A DNA stretch of 64,000 nucleotides, taken from contig JAQYVY010000002.1 of NCBI GenBank assembly GCA_030145195.1, positions 57,285-121,284 of the forward strand. Direction: 5' to 3'. The notes under the pieces are model-generated. The model had not been told where the DNA came from, did no database searches, and worked only from the letters and a program-made list of their open reading frames with translations. A program made the translations under genes and the position numbers. Origin of the DNA: Desulfuromonadales bacterium (GTDB lineage Bacteria > Desulfobacterota > Desulfuromonadia > Desulfuromonadales > BM103). This document shows, in pieces, positions 19,024 through 27,136 of the stretch (the first letter of the stretch is position 1; every line of letters starts with the position of its first letter).

Positions 19024-20042
19024 ACTAAAGTCGTTTCTATAACGTCAGTTCCCGGTACTATCTCTAGGCTTGACGAGTCATTTTGATATTTGGTTTCAAG
19101 ATAATTGATGATCTGCTGCAATTCATCCGGCAGGACCGCCTGAAACAGCATCTGCCGACCATCTGGATGCTCAAAACCGAGCTTCCAGGCGTGGAGGAAC
19201 TGCCGTTTCAAGGGTATCACCATAGACCGCAACTTTTCATCAGCAATTGCTTTGATCCGGCTGGAGCCACCGTAGAGAGGATCACCGACCACGGGGCAAT
19301 TCAGTGCCGAAAGATGGACGCGAATCTGATGGGTGCGTCCAGTTTCCAACAGCAGATCCACCAGAGTCAGGCGATCCTGCTCGTAACGACGCAGAACCTG
19401 CCAATGAGTCACTGCCCGCCGACCGCTGCGGGGATTGGTTGTCATCTTCTTGCGATGTACCGGGTGGCGGCCAACCGTCTGATCGACCGTTCCGCGAGAA
19501 TCTTTCAACACACCATGCACCAGAGCGCGATAGCGGCGCTGGATGGTATGTTCTTTGAATTGAAGGGCCAGACATTGATGGGCCAAATCATTTTTGGTGG
19601 CCACCATGACACCCGAGGTGTCCTTATCCAGTCGATGCACAATCCCGGGCCGAAGCTCGCCACCCACCCCGGAAAGATCGTCACAATGATGGAGCAAAGC
19701 GTTGACCAACGTACCAGTCGGGTGCCCAGGCGCCGGATGAACCACCATCCGGGCAGGTTTGTTAACAACAATCAGCGAGGAGTCTTCATAGATGACCGTT
19801 AAGGGAATGGACTCCGCCTGAGCCGTGGCTGGAGCGGGTTCCGGCAACGTCACACAAATATTTTCGCCGCCGCGCAGTTTAGCACCCGCCTTGCTCGAAA
19901 GACCATCTAGCGTCACCGCACCCTCATCAATCAATCGCTTGATCTGGGAGCGGCTCAAGTCCGGTAGCCTCTCATCCAGAAAACGGTCCAGACGCACCGA
20001 AATATGGTCGGAGGTGACCTGCAGACAAGATGTCTCTGTCAT
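19020..20042 (-). CDS. rluD: 23S rRNA pseudouridine synthase RluD family
   Basis: N-terminal S4 domain (RLDRFL), catalytic HRLDKDTSGV and GRTHQIRVH. 4-nt overlap with pgeF. Confidence 0.9.
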   Translation of the reverse strand: MTETSCLQVTSDHISVRLDRFLDERLPDLSRSQIKRLIDEGAVTLDGLSSKAGAKLRGGENICVTLPEPAPATAQAESIPLTVIYEDSSLIVVNKPARMVVHPAPGHPTGTLVNALLHHCDDLSGVGGELRPGIVHRLDKDTSGVMVATKNDLAHQCLALQFKEHTIQRRYRALVHGVLKDSRGTVDQTVGRHPVHRKKMTTNPRSGRRAVTHWQVLRRYEQDRLTLVDLLLETGRTHQIRVHLSALNCPVVGDPLYGGSSRIKAIADEKLRSMVIPLKRQFLHAWKLGFEHPDGRQMLFQAVLPDELQQIINYLETKYQNDSSSLEIVPGTDVIETTLV

Positions 20043-20046
20043 GCGG

Positions 20047-20316
20047 CTACCAGATCGAGCTCTCGATCTTACCTGCCTGTTTAATCATGACATCGACGAT
20101 GGCACGATCATACAGATGATCACGTTCCGACAAATCCGGTGAAACCCGACCATAGAAATGCTCGCGGCCTTCATCCAGTTCCTCGGTCAGGACTTCAAAA
20201 ATTGAATCATTCTTGATGCCTTCCTTAACCTTTTCCTGATTGTAAAGCGCGATATCCGAAACGATGGCACGTGCCAAACGAAACGCCAGCTTAGGGTTAT
20301 CTACCAGTTTGGCCAT
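20047..20316 (-). CDS. Hypothetical 89-aa protein
   Basis: Clean ORF ending 4 nt before the rluD start. No recognisable motif. Confidence 0.45.
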   Translation of the reverse strand: MAKLVDNPKLAFRLARAIVSDIALYNQEKVKEGIKNDSIFEVLTEELDEGREHFYGRVSPDLSERDHLYDRAIVDVMIKQAGKIESSIW

Positions 20317-20514
20317 GAGACCTCCGTACTTGGAGTGAACGTATATTCTGCCGAGTGAACAACACCCGTCGTCATTAATTTCTTGAGCAACAAAGCTACT
20401 GTCATCACGTAAGAAGTTAAAACATTGAGCCTTTCAACTCCCTGACTACGACAAAACAGGGTAGCGAAAACAACGTCTCATGTCAATCTGGACCGACATT
20501 CGCGGGTCGGTATT

Positions 20515-21285
20515 TCACGCCATGGTGTTGCCGGGTGCCTGTAACAGCGGCAAAAGCTCCTCGTGCCGACCTTCCCAGTCCGCCTTAAAGCGCTCTCCTG
20601 GCCGGTCAATACGCCAGGGCGTCAAGAGGCAGGTTCTAATCCCGACCAGGCTGGCCGCCGTATCATGCTGAGTATCGTTGCCAACCATCAGACAAGCCTC
20701 GGCCGGCACCTGCAGTTGTGCGAGCACCTCATCAAAGTAAGCCGGGTTCGGCTTGCAAAAATGTGAAGTTTCATAGGCAGTAACCAGCTGAAACGGTAGG
20801 TCATCCAGTTTTCCCCAGGTCAGGCGAGCATCAACCACTGTGCGCGGAAAAATCGGGTTGGTCGCCACCACAACCTGCAAACCCCGCTCCAGGCAAGCTT
20901 CAATCAACTGTCGCGACAAAGGATGTTCTTTGACCAGCGGCTGCAGATCGTTCAGGTCCTCTTGGCAGAACAACTCCAGGCGCTCGTTGTAATGCTCCGC
21001 GCTGATCAAAAGCTCCGTCTGCAACGCATCGTGCAAAATCGTTTCGAGAGTTTTTTCATGATCCGTGTTGGCAAACATCTCGACCACCGCCCGGTGCAAC
21101 ACAGCGGTCGTCTTTGAGGGTTCAGCAAGATCGCTCATACGTGCAGTCAGGCGACGCAGGTAAAGCGGCACAAAACGGTCCATATCAACATCGATCAGGG
21201 TTCCATCAAGATCAAAAAGAACCGCCTGAAGGTTCGAAAACTCTACTGAGGCGCTCTTTTTATTTTTAAAAAATGACTGGAACAT
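20515..21285 (-). CDS. HAD-superfamily hydrolase
   Basis: FDLDGTLIDVDMD (motif I), VATNP (motif II) and GNDTQHD (motif III). ATG 21285 is preferred over 21342. Confidence 0.65.
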   Translation of the reverse strand: MFQSFFKNKKSASVEFSNLQAVLFDLDGTLIDVDMDRFVPLYLRRLTARMSDLAEPSKTTAVLHRAVVEMFANTDHEKTLETILHDALQTELLISAEHYNERLELFCQEDLNDLQPLVKEHPLSRQLIEACLERGLQVVVATNPIFPRTVVDARLTWGKLDDLPFQLVTAYETSHFCKPNPAYFDEVLAQLQVPAEACLMVGNDTQHDTAASLVGIRTCLLTPWRIDRPGERFKADWEGRHEELLPLLQAPGNTMA

Positions 21286-21497
21286 CTTAAATATATAACA
21301 TGTTCGCACCGATTTCGGCCAGCTAGAAGCCTGTCTGGCCATAATTTACCACCGGTGCATAGGCATTCCGGTTCTTGACATCACAGCAAATTTCCTTAAT
21401 CTTGACAGAGCAAACCCTAGCCGCCCATCGGACAAACAATAAACTTGCGACTGGCAACAAACTTGACGGCTGATATTTGAATCCAAGGAGGTAAAGC

Positions 21498-22166
21498 ATG
21501 GCAAACAGAATTGGTGTCATCCTGTCTGGCTGCGGCGTCTACGACGGCAGTGAAATCCACGAAGCAGTCATCACCCTGTTGGCGATCGATCGGGCCGGAG
21601 CTGAAGCCGTCTGCATGGCACCCGACATTCCGCAGATGCACGTCGTCAATCATCTGACTGGCGAACCGGCCGAAAGTGAAAGCCGTAATGTTCTGGTCGA
21701 ATCGGCCCGCATTGCCCGCGGCAACATCAAGGATCTCGCCACGGTTCAGGTCGGTGACATTGATGCATTGATCTTGCCCGGTGGTTTCGGCGCCGCCAAA
21801 AACCTCTGTGACTTTGCCGTTAAGGGGCCTGACTGTTCGGTGAATGCCGAGGTGGCCCGCCTGATCACGGCGATGCATGCGGCCGGGAAACCAATTGCGG
21901 CGGTCTGCATCGCCCCAGCCGTCCTGTCCAAAATTCTCGGCAACGCCAAGACCTCACCCCAGCTGACAATCGGGACCGATGAGGGCACCGCAGAAGCGCT
22001 TCACAAAATGGGCACGGAGCATATCCAGTGTCCGGTTGAGGACTTTGTGGTCGATCACAACAACAAACTGGTTTCAAGCCCGGCCTACATGCTTGCCGGA
22101 AGCATCTCCGAAGCCGCTGAAGGCATTGAGAAAACGGTTCAGGCACTGATTGGCCTGATTGAATAA
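21498..22166 (+). CDS. elbB: ElbB, DJ-1/PfpI-family glyoxalase
   Basis: IGVILSGCGVYDGSEIHEAV, LILPGGFGAAKNL and CIAPAVL are closely colinear with remembered E. coli ElbB. Confidence 0.85.
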   Translation: MANRIGVILSGCGVYDGSEIHEAVITLLAIDRAGAEAVCMAPDIPQMHVVNHLTGEPAESESRNVLVESARIARGNIKDLATVQVGDIDALILPGGFGAAKNLCDFAVKGPDCSVNAEVARLITAMHAAGKPIAAVCIAPAVLSKILGNAKTSPQLTIGTDEGTAEALHKMGTEHIQCPVEDFVVDHNNKLVSSPAYMLAGSISEAAEGIEKTVQALIGLIE

Positions 22167-22192
22167 GGTTCTATAGCCCAAAAAAGTTATGC

Positions 22193-22318
22193 TTACCACT
22201 AAGGCACCAGAAAAGCGGCTTTATGGGGTTAGGACCAATCTTTTCGATCTTGTCGTTTTGATGTTTGCAGATCATGAGACGGACTGACTCCGTGTCTTGG
22301 TGACTTGGTGGCTAACCT
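22193..22318. repeat. Inverted pair of the dispersed 8-nt-periodic repeat (hairpin element)
   Basis: Left arm TTACCACTAAGGCACCAGAAAAG (22193-22215). The right arm reverse complement reads GGTTAGCCACCAAGTCACCAAGACACGGAGTC (22286-22318). Confidence 0.75.
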
Positions 22319-22479
22319 TATGTTTGGGTTATAAGACCATAAATTAACGCGCCCCGCAGACCATAACCCCATTCATGGCTACAGTGCGCAACCTTCGGCT
22401 AATTCTGAATTTTCGGCTGGTCAGAGCGTTGTCCAGCCACTCGACCGTACAAACTTTTTTCTACCCTAAGGAGTAAATC

Positions 22480-22638
22480 ATGACTAAGTACCGTTGCGTA
22501 ATCTGTGACTACATCTACGACCCAGCAGAAGGCGATTCAGGTAACGGCATCGCCCCCGGAACCTCGTTCGAGGACCTTCCTGAAGATTGGTGCTGCCCAC
22601 TCTGTGGCGCAGATAAAAGCAACTTCGAACCGGCGTGA
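22480..22638 (+). CDS. Rubredoxin (52 aa, not in the ORF track)
   Basis: My own translation: [52 protein letters not shown], with the two CxxC pairs and the canonical rubredoxin pattern. Strong SD AAGGAG lies 7 nt upstream. Confidence 0.9.
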   Translation: MTKYRCVICDYIYDPAEGDSGNGIAPGTSFEDLPEDWCCPLCGADKSNFEPA

Positions 22639-23360
22639 GCCCTGCCCCGGCAATAACACCCGCGGAAACAGTTGTTCCGACAAAACCCGCAGGGTTTCAG
22701 GTCTGGCGTCCCGGTCAGTTAAACTACCGGGACGCCCAGACCTGCCAGGAGCAGCTGGTGTCCCTACGGCCGACCTGGCCACACGACCTGCTGATCCTGC
22801 TGGAACATCCAGCCGTTATTACTCTGGGGCGCAATACCGATTCGAACAACCTACGCCACTCCCCGGCTGAGTTACAACAAGCCGGGATCGACTGCGTTTC
22901 AAGCCGCCGCGGCGGCGATATTACCCTGCACAACCCTGGTCAACTGATCGGCTATCCGATCGTCGACCTGAATTATTACCGCCGCGATCTGCATCATTTT
23001 CTGCGCCTTCTGGAAAAGGTTCTGATCCAGACACTGGCGGAGTTTGATCTGACGGCCAGCACCATTCCCGGGAAAACCGGGGTCTGGATTGGCAGTCGAA
23101 AAATTGCCTCAATCGGTATAGCGGTCCGGCGCTGGATCAGCTATCATGGCTTTGCTTTGAATGTCGACAACGACCTCTCAGCGTTCGAAGCGATCGTTCC
23201 CTGCGGTTTGCCGGACGTCACCATGACTTCCATGACCCGTGAGCTGGGTCGGCCCCTCGACCACGAGGTCGTCGCCGAAGCCCTGATCTTACATTTCAGC
23301 ACCCTAATGCAAAGGCCTTATCTTGGCAGCTATGACCACACGCCCACCCCGCAAACCTGA
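22635..23360 (+). CDS. lipB: Octanoyltransferase LipB
   Basis: [26 protein letters not shown] and KIASIGI motifs. The GTG start overlaps the rubredoxin TGA (GTGA). The exact start is uncertain. Confidence 0.85.
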   Translation: MSPAPAITPAETVVPTKPAGFQVWRPGQLNYRDAQTCQEQLVSLRPTWPHDLLILLEHPAVITLGRNTDSNNLRHSPAELQQAGIDCVSSRRGGDITLHNPGQLIGYPIVDLNYYRRDLHHFLRLLEKVLIQTLAEFDLTASTIPGKTGVWIGSRKIASIGIAVRRWISYHGFALNVDNDLSAFEAIVPCGLPDVTMTSMTRELGRPLDHEVVAEALILHFSTLMQRPYLGSYDHTPTPQT

Positions 23361-24210
23361 CTGGCTCAAGGTCCGTTTCCCGGCCGGGCCAAACTATGCC
23401 CGAATTGATCGTTTTCACCGCGAGCACGGGCTGCATTCGGTCTGCCGCAGCGCCGCCTGCCCCAATCAGGGCGAGTGCTGGGAACAAGGCACCGCAACCT
23501 TCATGATCATGGGTGACCGCTGCACCCGCGATTGCCGCTTCTGCAATGTCCTCCATGAGACCCCACTCGCCATCGACCCGCAAGAAGCCGACAAGGTTGG
23601 CAAAGCGATTGCCGAGCTCGGCTTAAAGCATGCGGTCATCACCTCGGTGACGCGGGACGATCTGGCCGATGGCGGTGCCAGCCAGTTTGCCGCCGTCACG
23701 CGCGCAATCCACCAGTACAGCCCAGAGTGCCGGGTCGAATTATTGATTCCCGATTTACAGGCCAACCATCAGGCCTTGGCAACCATCCTCATGGCCGATC
23801 CAGAAGTTCTGGGACACAATCTGGAGACGGTGCCGAGGCTTTACCCGACCGCCCGAGCAGGAGCAGATTACCAGGGCTCCCTCGAACTGCTCACCGCCGC
23901 CAAAACAATCGCGCCTGAGATCCCAACTAAGTCAGGCTTGATGCTTGGTATGGGCGAGACCATCGAAGAGATTCTGGAGGCGATGCAGGCCCTGCAATCA
24001 GCTGGTTGCAGCATACTGACTCTGGGGCAATATCTGCAACCGACCCGAACCCATCTGCCAGTGGCTCGCTATGTCGAGCCAGCTGAGTTTGCCACCCTGC
24101 GTGACCAAGGCCTGCAACTCGGCTTTGCTCATGTCGAGTCTGGCCCGTTGGTACGTTCTTCCTATCATGCCGCAGAACAATTTGCAGGAGATTGCGATGA
24201 CCAAGCCTGA
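23323..24210 (+). CDS. lipA: Lipoyl synthase LipA (radical SAM)
   Basis: CPNQGECW auxiliary cluster motif, radical-SAM CTRDCRFC, and the SSYHA C-terminal motif. Confidence 0.95.
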   Translation: MAAMTTRPPRKPDWLKVRFPAGPNYARIDRFHREHGLHSVCRSAACPNQGECWEQGTATFMIMGDRCTRDCRFCNVLHETPLAIDPQEADKVGKAIAELGLKHAVITSVTRDDLADGGASQFAAVTRAIHQYSPECRVELLIPDLQANHQALATILMADPEVLGHNLETVPRLYPTARAGADYQGSLELLTAAKTIAPEIPTKSGLMLGMGETIEEILEAMQALQSAGCSILTLGQYLQPTRTHLPVARYVEPAEFATLRDQGLQLGFAHVESGPLVRSSYHAAEQFAGDCDDQA

Positions 24211-25180
24211 CCTGATTTATGAAACCATCATTCTCGGTTCCGGCCCCGCCGGGCTGACCGCAGCCATCTATGCCGCCCGCAGTCGCTGCTGCCCGTTGCT
24301 GATCCACGGTCGGCAACCAGGCGGACAGTTAACCACCACCACCGCAGTCGACAACTTTCCCGGCTTCGCCGCAGGCATTGAGGGTCCGGAGCTGATGGAA
24401 CAGATGCGCCTGCAGGCGGAACGCTTCGGCACTAACTTCGTCGAGGGTGAAGTCACTAAAGTCGACCTTCAGGAGCGGCCTTTCCGGATTTGGCTCGGCG
24501 AAGAGCTGTATCGCTGTCTCTCCCTGGTGATCTCAACCGGGGCTTCGCCCAAGCTGCTCGGTTTGGGTAACGAAGAGTCTCTTTACGGTCGCGGTGTCTC
24601 GGTGTGCGCCACCTGTGACGGCTTCTTTTATCGCGACCGTGAGGTGGTGGTAGTGGGTGGTGGTGACACCGCGATGGAAGAAGCGGTGTTTCTGACCCGG
24701 TTTGCCAGCAAGGTCACCGTGGTGCACCGCCGCGAATCCTTACGGGCAACGCCGGTTCTAGCCGAGCGTGCGCTGACCAACAAGGCGATCCATTTTATCT
24801 GGGATGCCGAACTGTCTGAAATCGTTGCCGACACCAGCGGCGTCACCGGAGTCAAGATCAAGAATCTCAAAACAGCCGAAGAATCGGAACTGACCTGCGA
24901 CGGGGTGTTTATCGCCATCGGCCACCAGCCAAACACCGCGCTGTTTGAGGGGCAACTGGAGATGGACAACGAAGGCTACCTTTTGACCAAGAATGGCACC
25001 GAAACCAACGTCACCGGGGTTTTTGCCGCTGGCGATGTGCAGGATCAACAATTTCGTCAGGCTGTCACCGCCGCCGGGACCGGGTGCATGGCCGCGATTC
25101 AGGCCGAGCGCTTTCTTGATGATCTGCCGTATGATGCCAGCCTGTCGTGCCAGAAAGGGGTCTGCAAAACTAAAGATTAA
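24197..25180 (+). CDS. trxB: Thioredoxin-disulfide reductase
   Basis: GSGPAGLTAAIYAAR, redox-active CATCDG, GGGDTAMEEA and GVFAAGDV. ATG 24197 is preferred over track start 24071 and overlaps the lipA end by 14 nt. Confidence 0.9.
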   Translation: MTKPDLIYETIILGSGPAGLTAAIYAARSRCCPLLIHGRQPGGQLTTTTAVDNFPGFAAGIEGPELMEQMRLQAERFGTNFVEGEVTKVDLQERPFRIWLGEELYRCLSLVISTGASPKLLGLGNEESLYGRGVSVCATCDGFFYRDREVVVVGGGDTAMEEAVFLTRFASKVTVVHRRESLRATPVLAERALTNKAIHFIWDAELSEIVADTSGVTGVKIKNLKTAEESELTCDGVFIAIGHQPNTALFEGQLEMDNEGYLLTKNGTETNVTGVFAAGDVQDQQFRQAVTAAGTGCMAAIQAERFLDDLPYDASLSCQKGVCKTKD

Positions 25181-25431
25181 AGCTACTAATCATCCTGTTT
25201 GCCCTTGCGGAAACCCCGGCAGCCTCTCTCTCCTCGCGATTGTGGCAAGAGAACAAGGGTTCCCAGTCGGCCTGTAAGTTCGCTAAGCTACGGCGGTCAT
25301 CAGCGATGGAGACTGGTTGACCATTCTTCAAGACGGCAGTGTCGCCAGGGCGAGCGACAACGTTGCCCCAAAAGTTTCCTCGCAGGATCTAACTGATTAA
25401 GAGTGGCTTGCCCCAGTTTGGTCTCACTCAA
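25170..25431 (-). pseudogene. Possible frameshifted relic of a Phd/YefM- or VapB-like antitoxin gene
   Basis: My own translation. TTG at 25431 gives LSETKLGQATLNQLDPARKLLG. After a frame change at the T4G4 run (25366-25373) the next frame reads NVVARPGDTAVLKNGQPVSIADDRRSLANLQADWEPLFS.. and stops at 25170. The second frame has no usable start codon. Similarity is judged by eye only. Confidence 0.25.
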
Positions 25432-25443
25432 GCATAAAAGCCT

Positions 25444-25519
25444 TTCCAAGTAACAGGGTCAGCCCTCGACATCGGACAAAATTCCAAGTAACAGGGTCAG
25501 CCCTCGACATCGGACAAAA
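25444..25519. repeat. Perfect 38-bp tandem duplication (2 copies)
   Basis: TTCCAAGTAACAGGGTCAGCCCTCGACATCGGACAAAA occurs at 25444-25481 and again at 25482-25519, with no mismatch and no spacer. Confidence 0.95.
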
Positions 25520-25742
25520 TGGAGGCTGGCTTTTTCCGATAGATTCTTTACCATAACAACAAACCAACGAACCAGGAGCAGGCGCGTCTTGCTGAAAACG
25601 ATCTGATTGGTGGGTTTGGGAAGAGGAAAGGGGTACGTCAATAGAATGGTCACAGATCAAAAATGTGGCCGCGACAAAAATTCGATAAACGTATGATATT
25701 ATAAGTCATCAAAAGCCATCACCTTCGCGGAGCATTCATAAT

Positions 25743-26966
25743 ATGCCAGAAACAATAGCCAGCCCCCAAAAGAAATCCCTGTTAGCCAAGTTCCTCCAGG
25801 AGGAATCCGCTGGTGGGATCCTGCTGGTTGGCGCGTCTCTGCTCGCCATCTTACTGGCCAACTCACCCCTGGCACACATCTACGAGCTTTTGCTAGGCAC
25901 CCCCGTCGCCATCCAGATCGGGACGCTACAGATTTCAAAGCCGCTGCTGCTTTGGGTTAACGACGGCTTCATGGCCATCTTCTTCTTTATTGTCGGCCTC
26001 GAATTAAAAAGGGAATTTCTCGAAGGTGAGCTGTCAAACGCAAGAAAAATCATCCTGCCCGGTCTGGGTGCCATCGGTGGGATGCTTGTTCCGGCGGCAT
26101 TCTATATCGCCCTGAATTTGGATGATGCGACTGCTTTGAAAGGCTGGGCCATTCCTGCTGCAACCGATATCGCCTTTGCGCTGGGAGTTTTGACTCTGCT
26201 GGGGTCGAGGGTTCCGACCAGCCTGAAAATCTTTCTGACCTCATTGGCGATCTTCGACGATATCGGCGCCATCCTGATTATTGCCTTTTTCTATAGCAAC
26301 AACATTTCTTTCGGGGCTTTAGCTGTTGCCGCGTTCTGCATTGTCATCCTGTTTCTGCTTAACAGGTTTGGTTTTTCCGAAAAGGGTTTCTACATTGCGA
26401 TGGGCACCGTTATGTGGATTGCCCTGCTAAAATCCGGCGTCCATGCCACCTTGACCGGCGTCATTCTGGCAATGTTCATTCCCATAAAAGCCAACGGAGA
26501 TTCCAGCAACTCACCCTTGAAGAGCATGGAAAAAGACCTGCATCCGATGGTCGCATTCCTGATCTTGCCAACCTTCGCCTTTTGCAACGCTGGCATCAGC
26601 TTCAGCGGTATCGGCCTTGAGCAGCTTTTACATAATGTCTCTCTCGGAATCGCTCTCGGTTTATTTTTGGGCAAACAGATTGGAGTCTTCGCTTTTTGCT
26701 GGCTCGGCATCAAGCTGCGCATCACTGAGCTGCCTAAAGATGTCTCCTGGACGTCACTTTATGGCACCGCGACCCTCTGCGGGATCGGCTTTACCATGAG
26801 CCTGTTTATCGGCTCGCTCGCTTTCGAGGAAACCGGGGTGAACCTGCTTTTCGACGAACGATTAGGGATTATCCTGGGGTCGCTGGTCTCCGGAATTGCA
26901 GGGTATGTGATCCTCCGGTCGAGCTTGCGGAGAAGGGGTTCCACATCCGATAGACATATACCTTGA
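25743..26966 (+). CDS. nhaA: Na+/H+ antiporter NhaA
   Basis: 407 aa. WVNDGFMAIFFFIVGLELKRE and PAATDIAFALGVL (the conserved Asp pair region) are typical of NhaA. Confidence 0.9.
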   Translation: MPETIASPQKKSLLAKFLQEESAGGILLVGASLLAILLANSPLAHIYELLLGTPVAIQIGTLQISKPLLLWVNDGFMAIFFFIVGLELKREFLEGELSNARKIILPGLGAIGGMLVPAAFYIALNLDDATALKGWAIPAATDIAFALGVLTLLGSRVPTSLKIFLTSLAIFDDIGAILIIAFFYSNNISFGALAVAAFCIVILFLLNRFGFSEKGFYIAMGTVMWIALLKSGVHATLTGVILAMFIPIKANGDSSNSPLKSMEKDLHPMVAFLILPTFAFCNAGISFSGIGLEQLLHNVSLGIALGLFLGKQIGVFAFCWLGIKLRITELPKDVSWTSLYGTATLCGIGFTMSLFIGSLAFEETGVNLLFDERLGIILGSLVSGIAGYVILRSSLRRRGSTSDRHIP

Positions 26967-26993
26967 GATTGCTGTGGTTACGATAATAACGTA

Positions 26994-27021
26994 GGGGAAC
27001 GGCATGCCGTGCCCCTTTTGG
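26994..27021 (+). terminator. Rho-independent terminator candidate after nhaA
   Basis: GGGGAACGGCA/TGCCGTGCCCC stem (one mismatch) followed by TTTTGG, 28 nt after the nhaA stop. Confidence 0.6.
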
Positions 27022-27136
27022 ATGACGTCGGAAAAAACAACATTCAGCACTTCCTCTTACCATTCATTGCACATACTGCAACCCCCTGATACAATTCACA
27101 GAGTTTTGATTAAGTACTGACTCAACAGGGGCATTA

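Noticed and set aside
19083-19802. 239-aa plus-strand ORF
   Set aside because: It is antisense to rluD (HRLDKDTSGV is on the minus strand). The same reasoning applies to 48341-49054 (antisense to the Nif3 gene), 60738-61499 (hisD), 58909-59577 (hisH), 57363-57974 (hisF), 32039-32650 (lpdA) and 29638-30470 (sucB).
25444-25519. Possible minimal CRISPR array
   Set aside because: There are only two repeat units and they abut directly with no spacer. No cas genes or leader are nearby. It is a tandem duplication, not a CRISPR.
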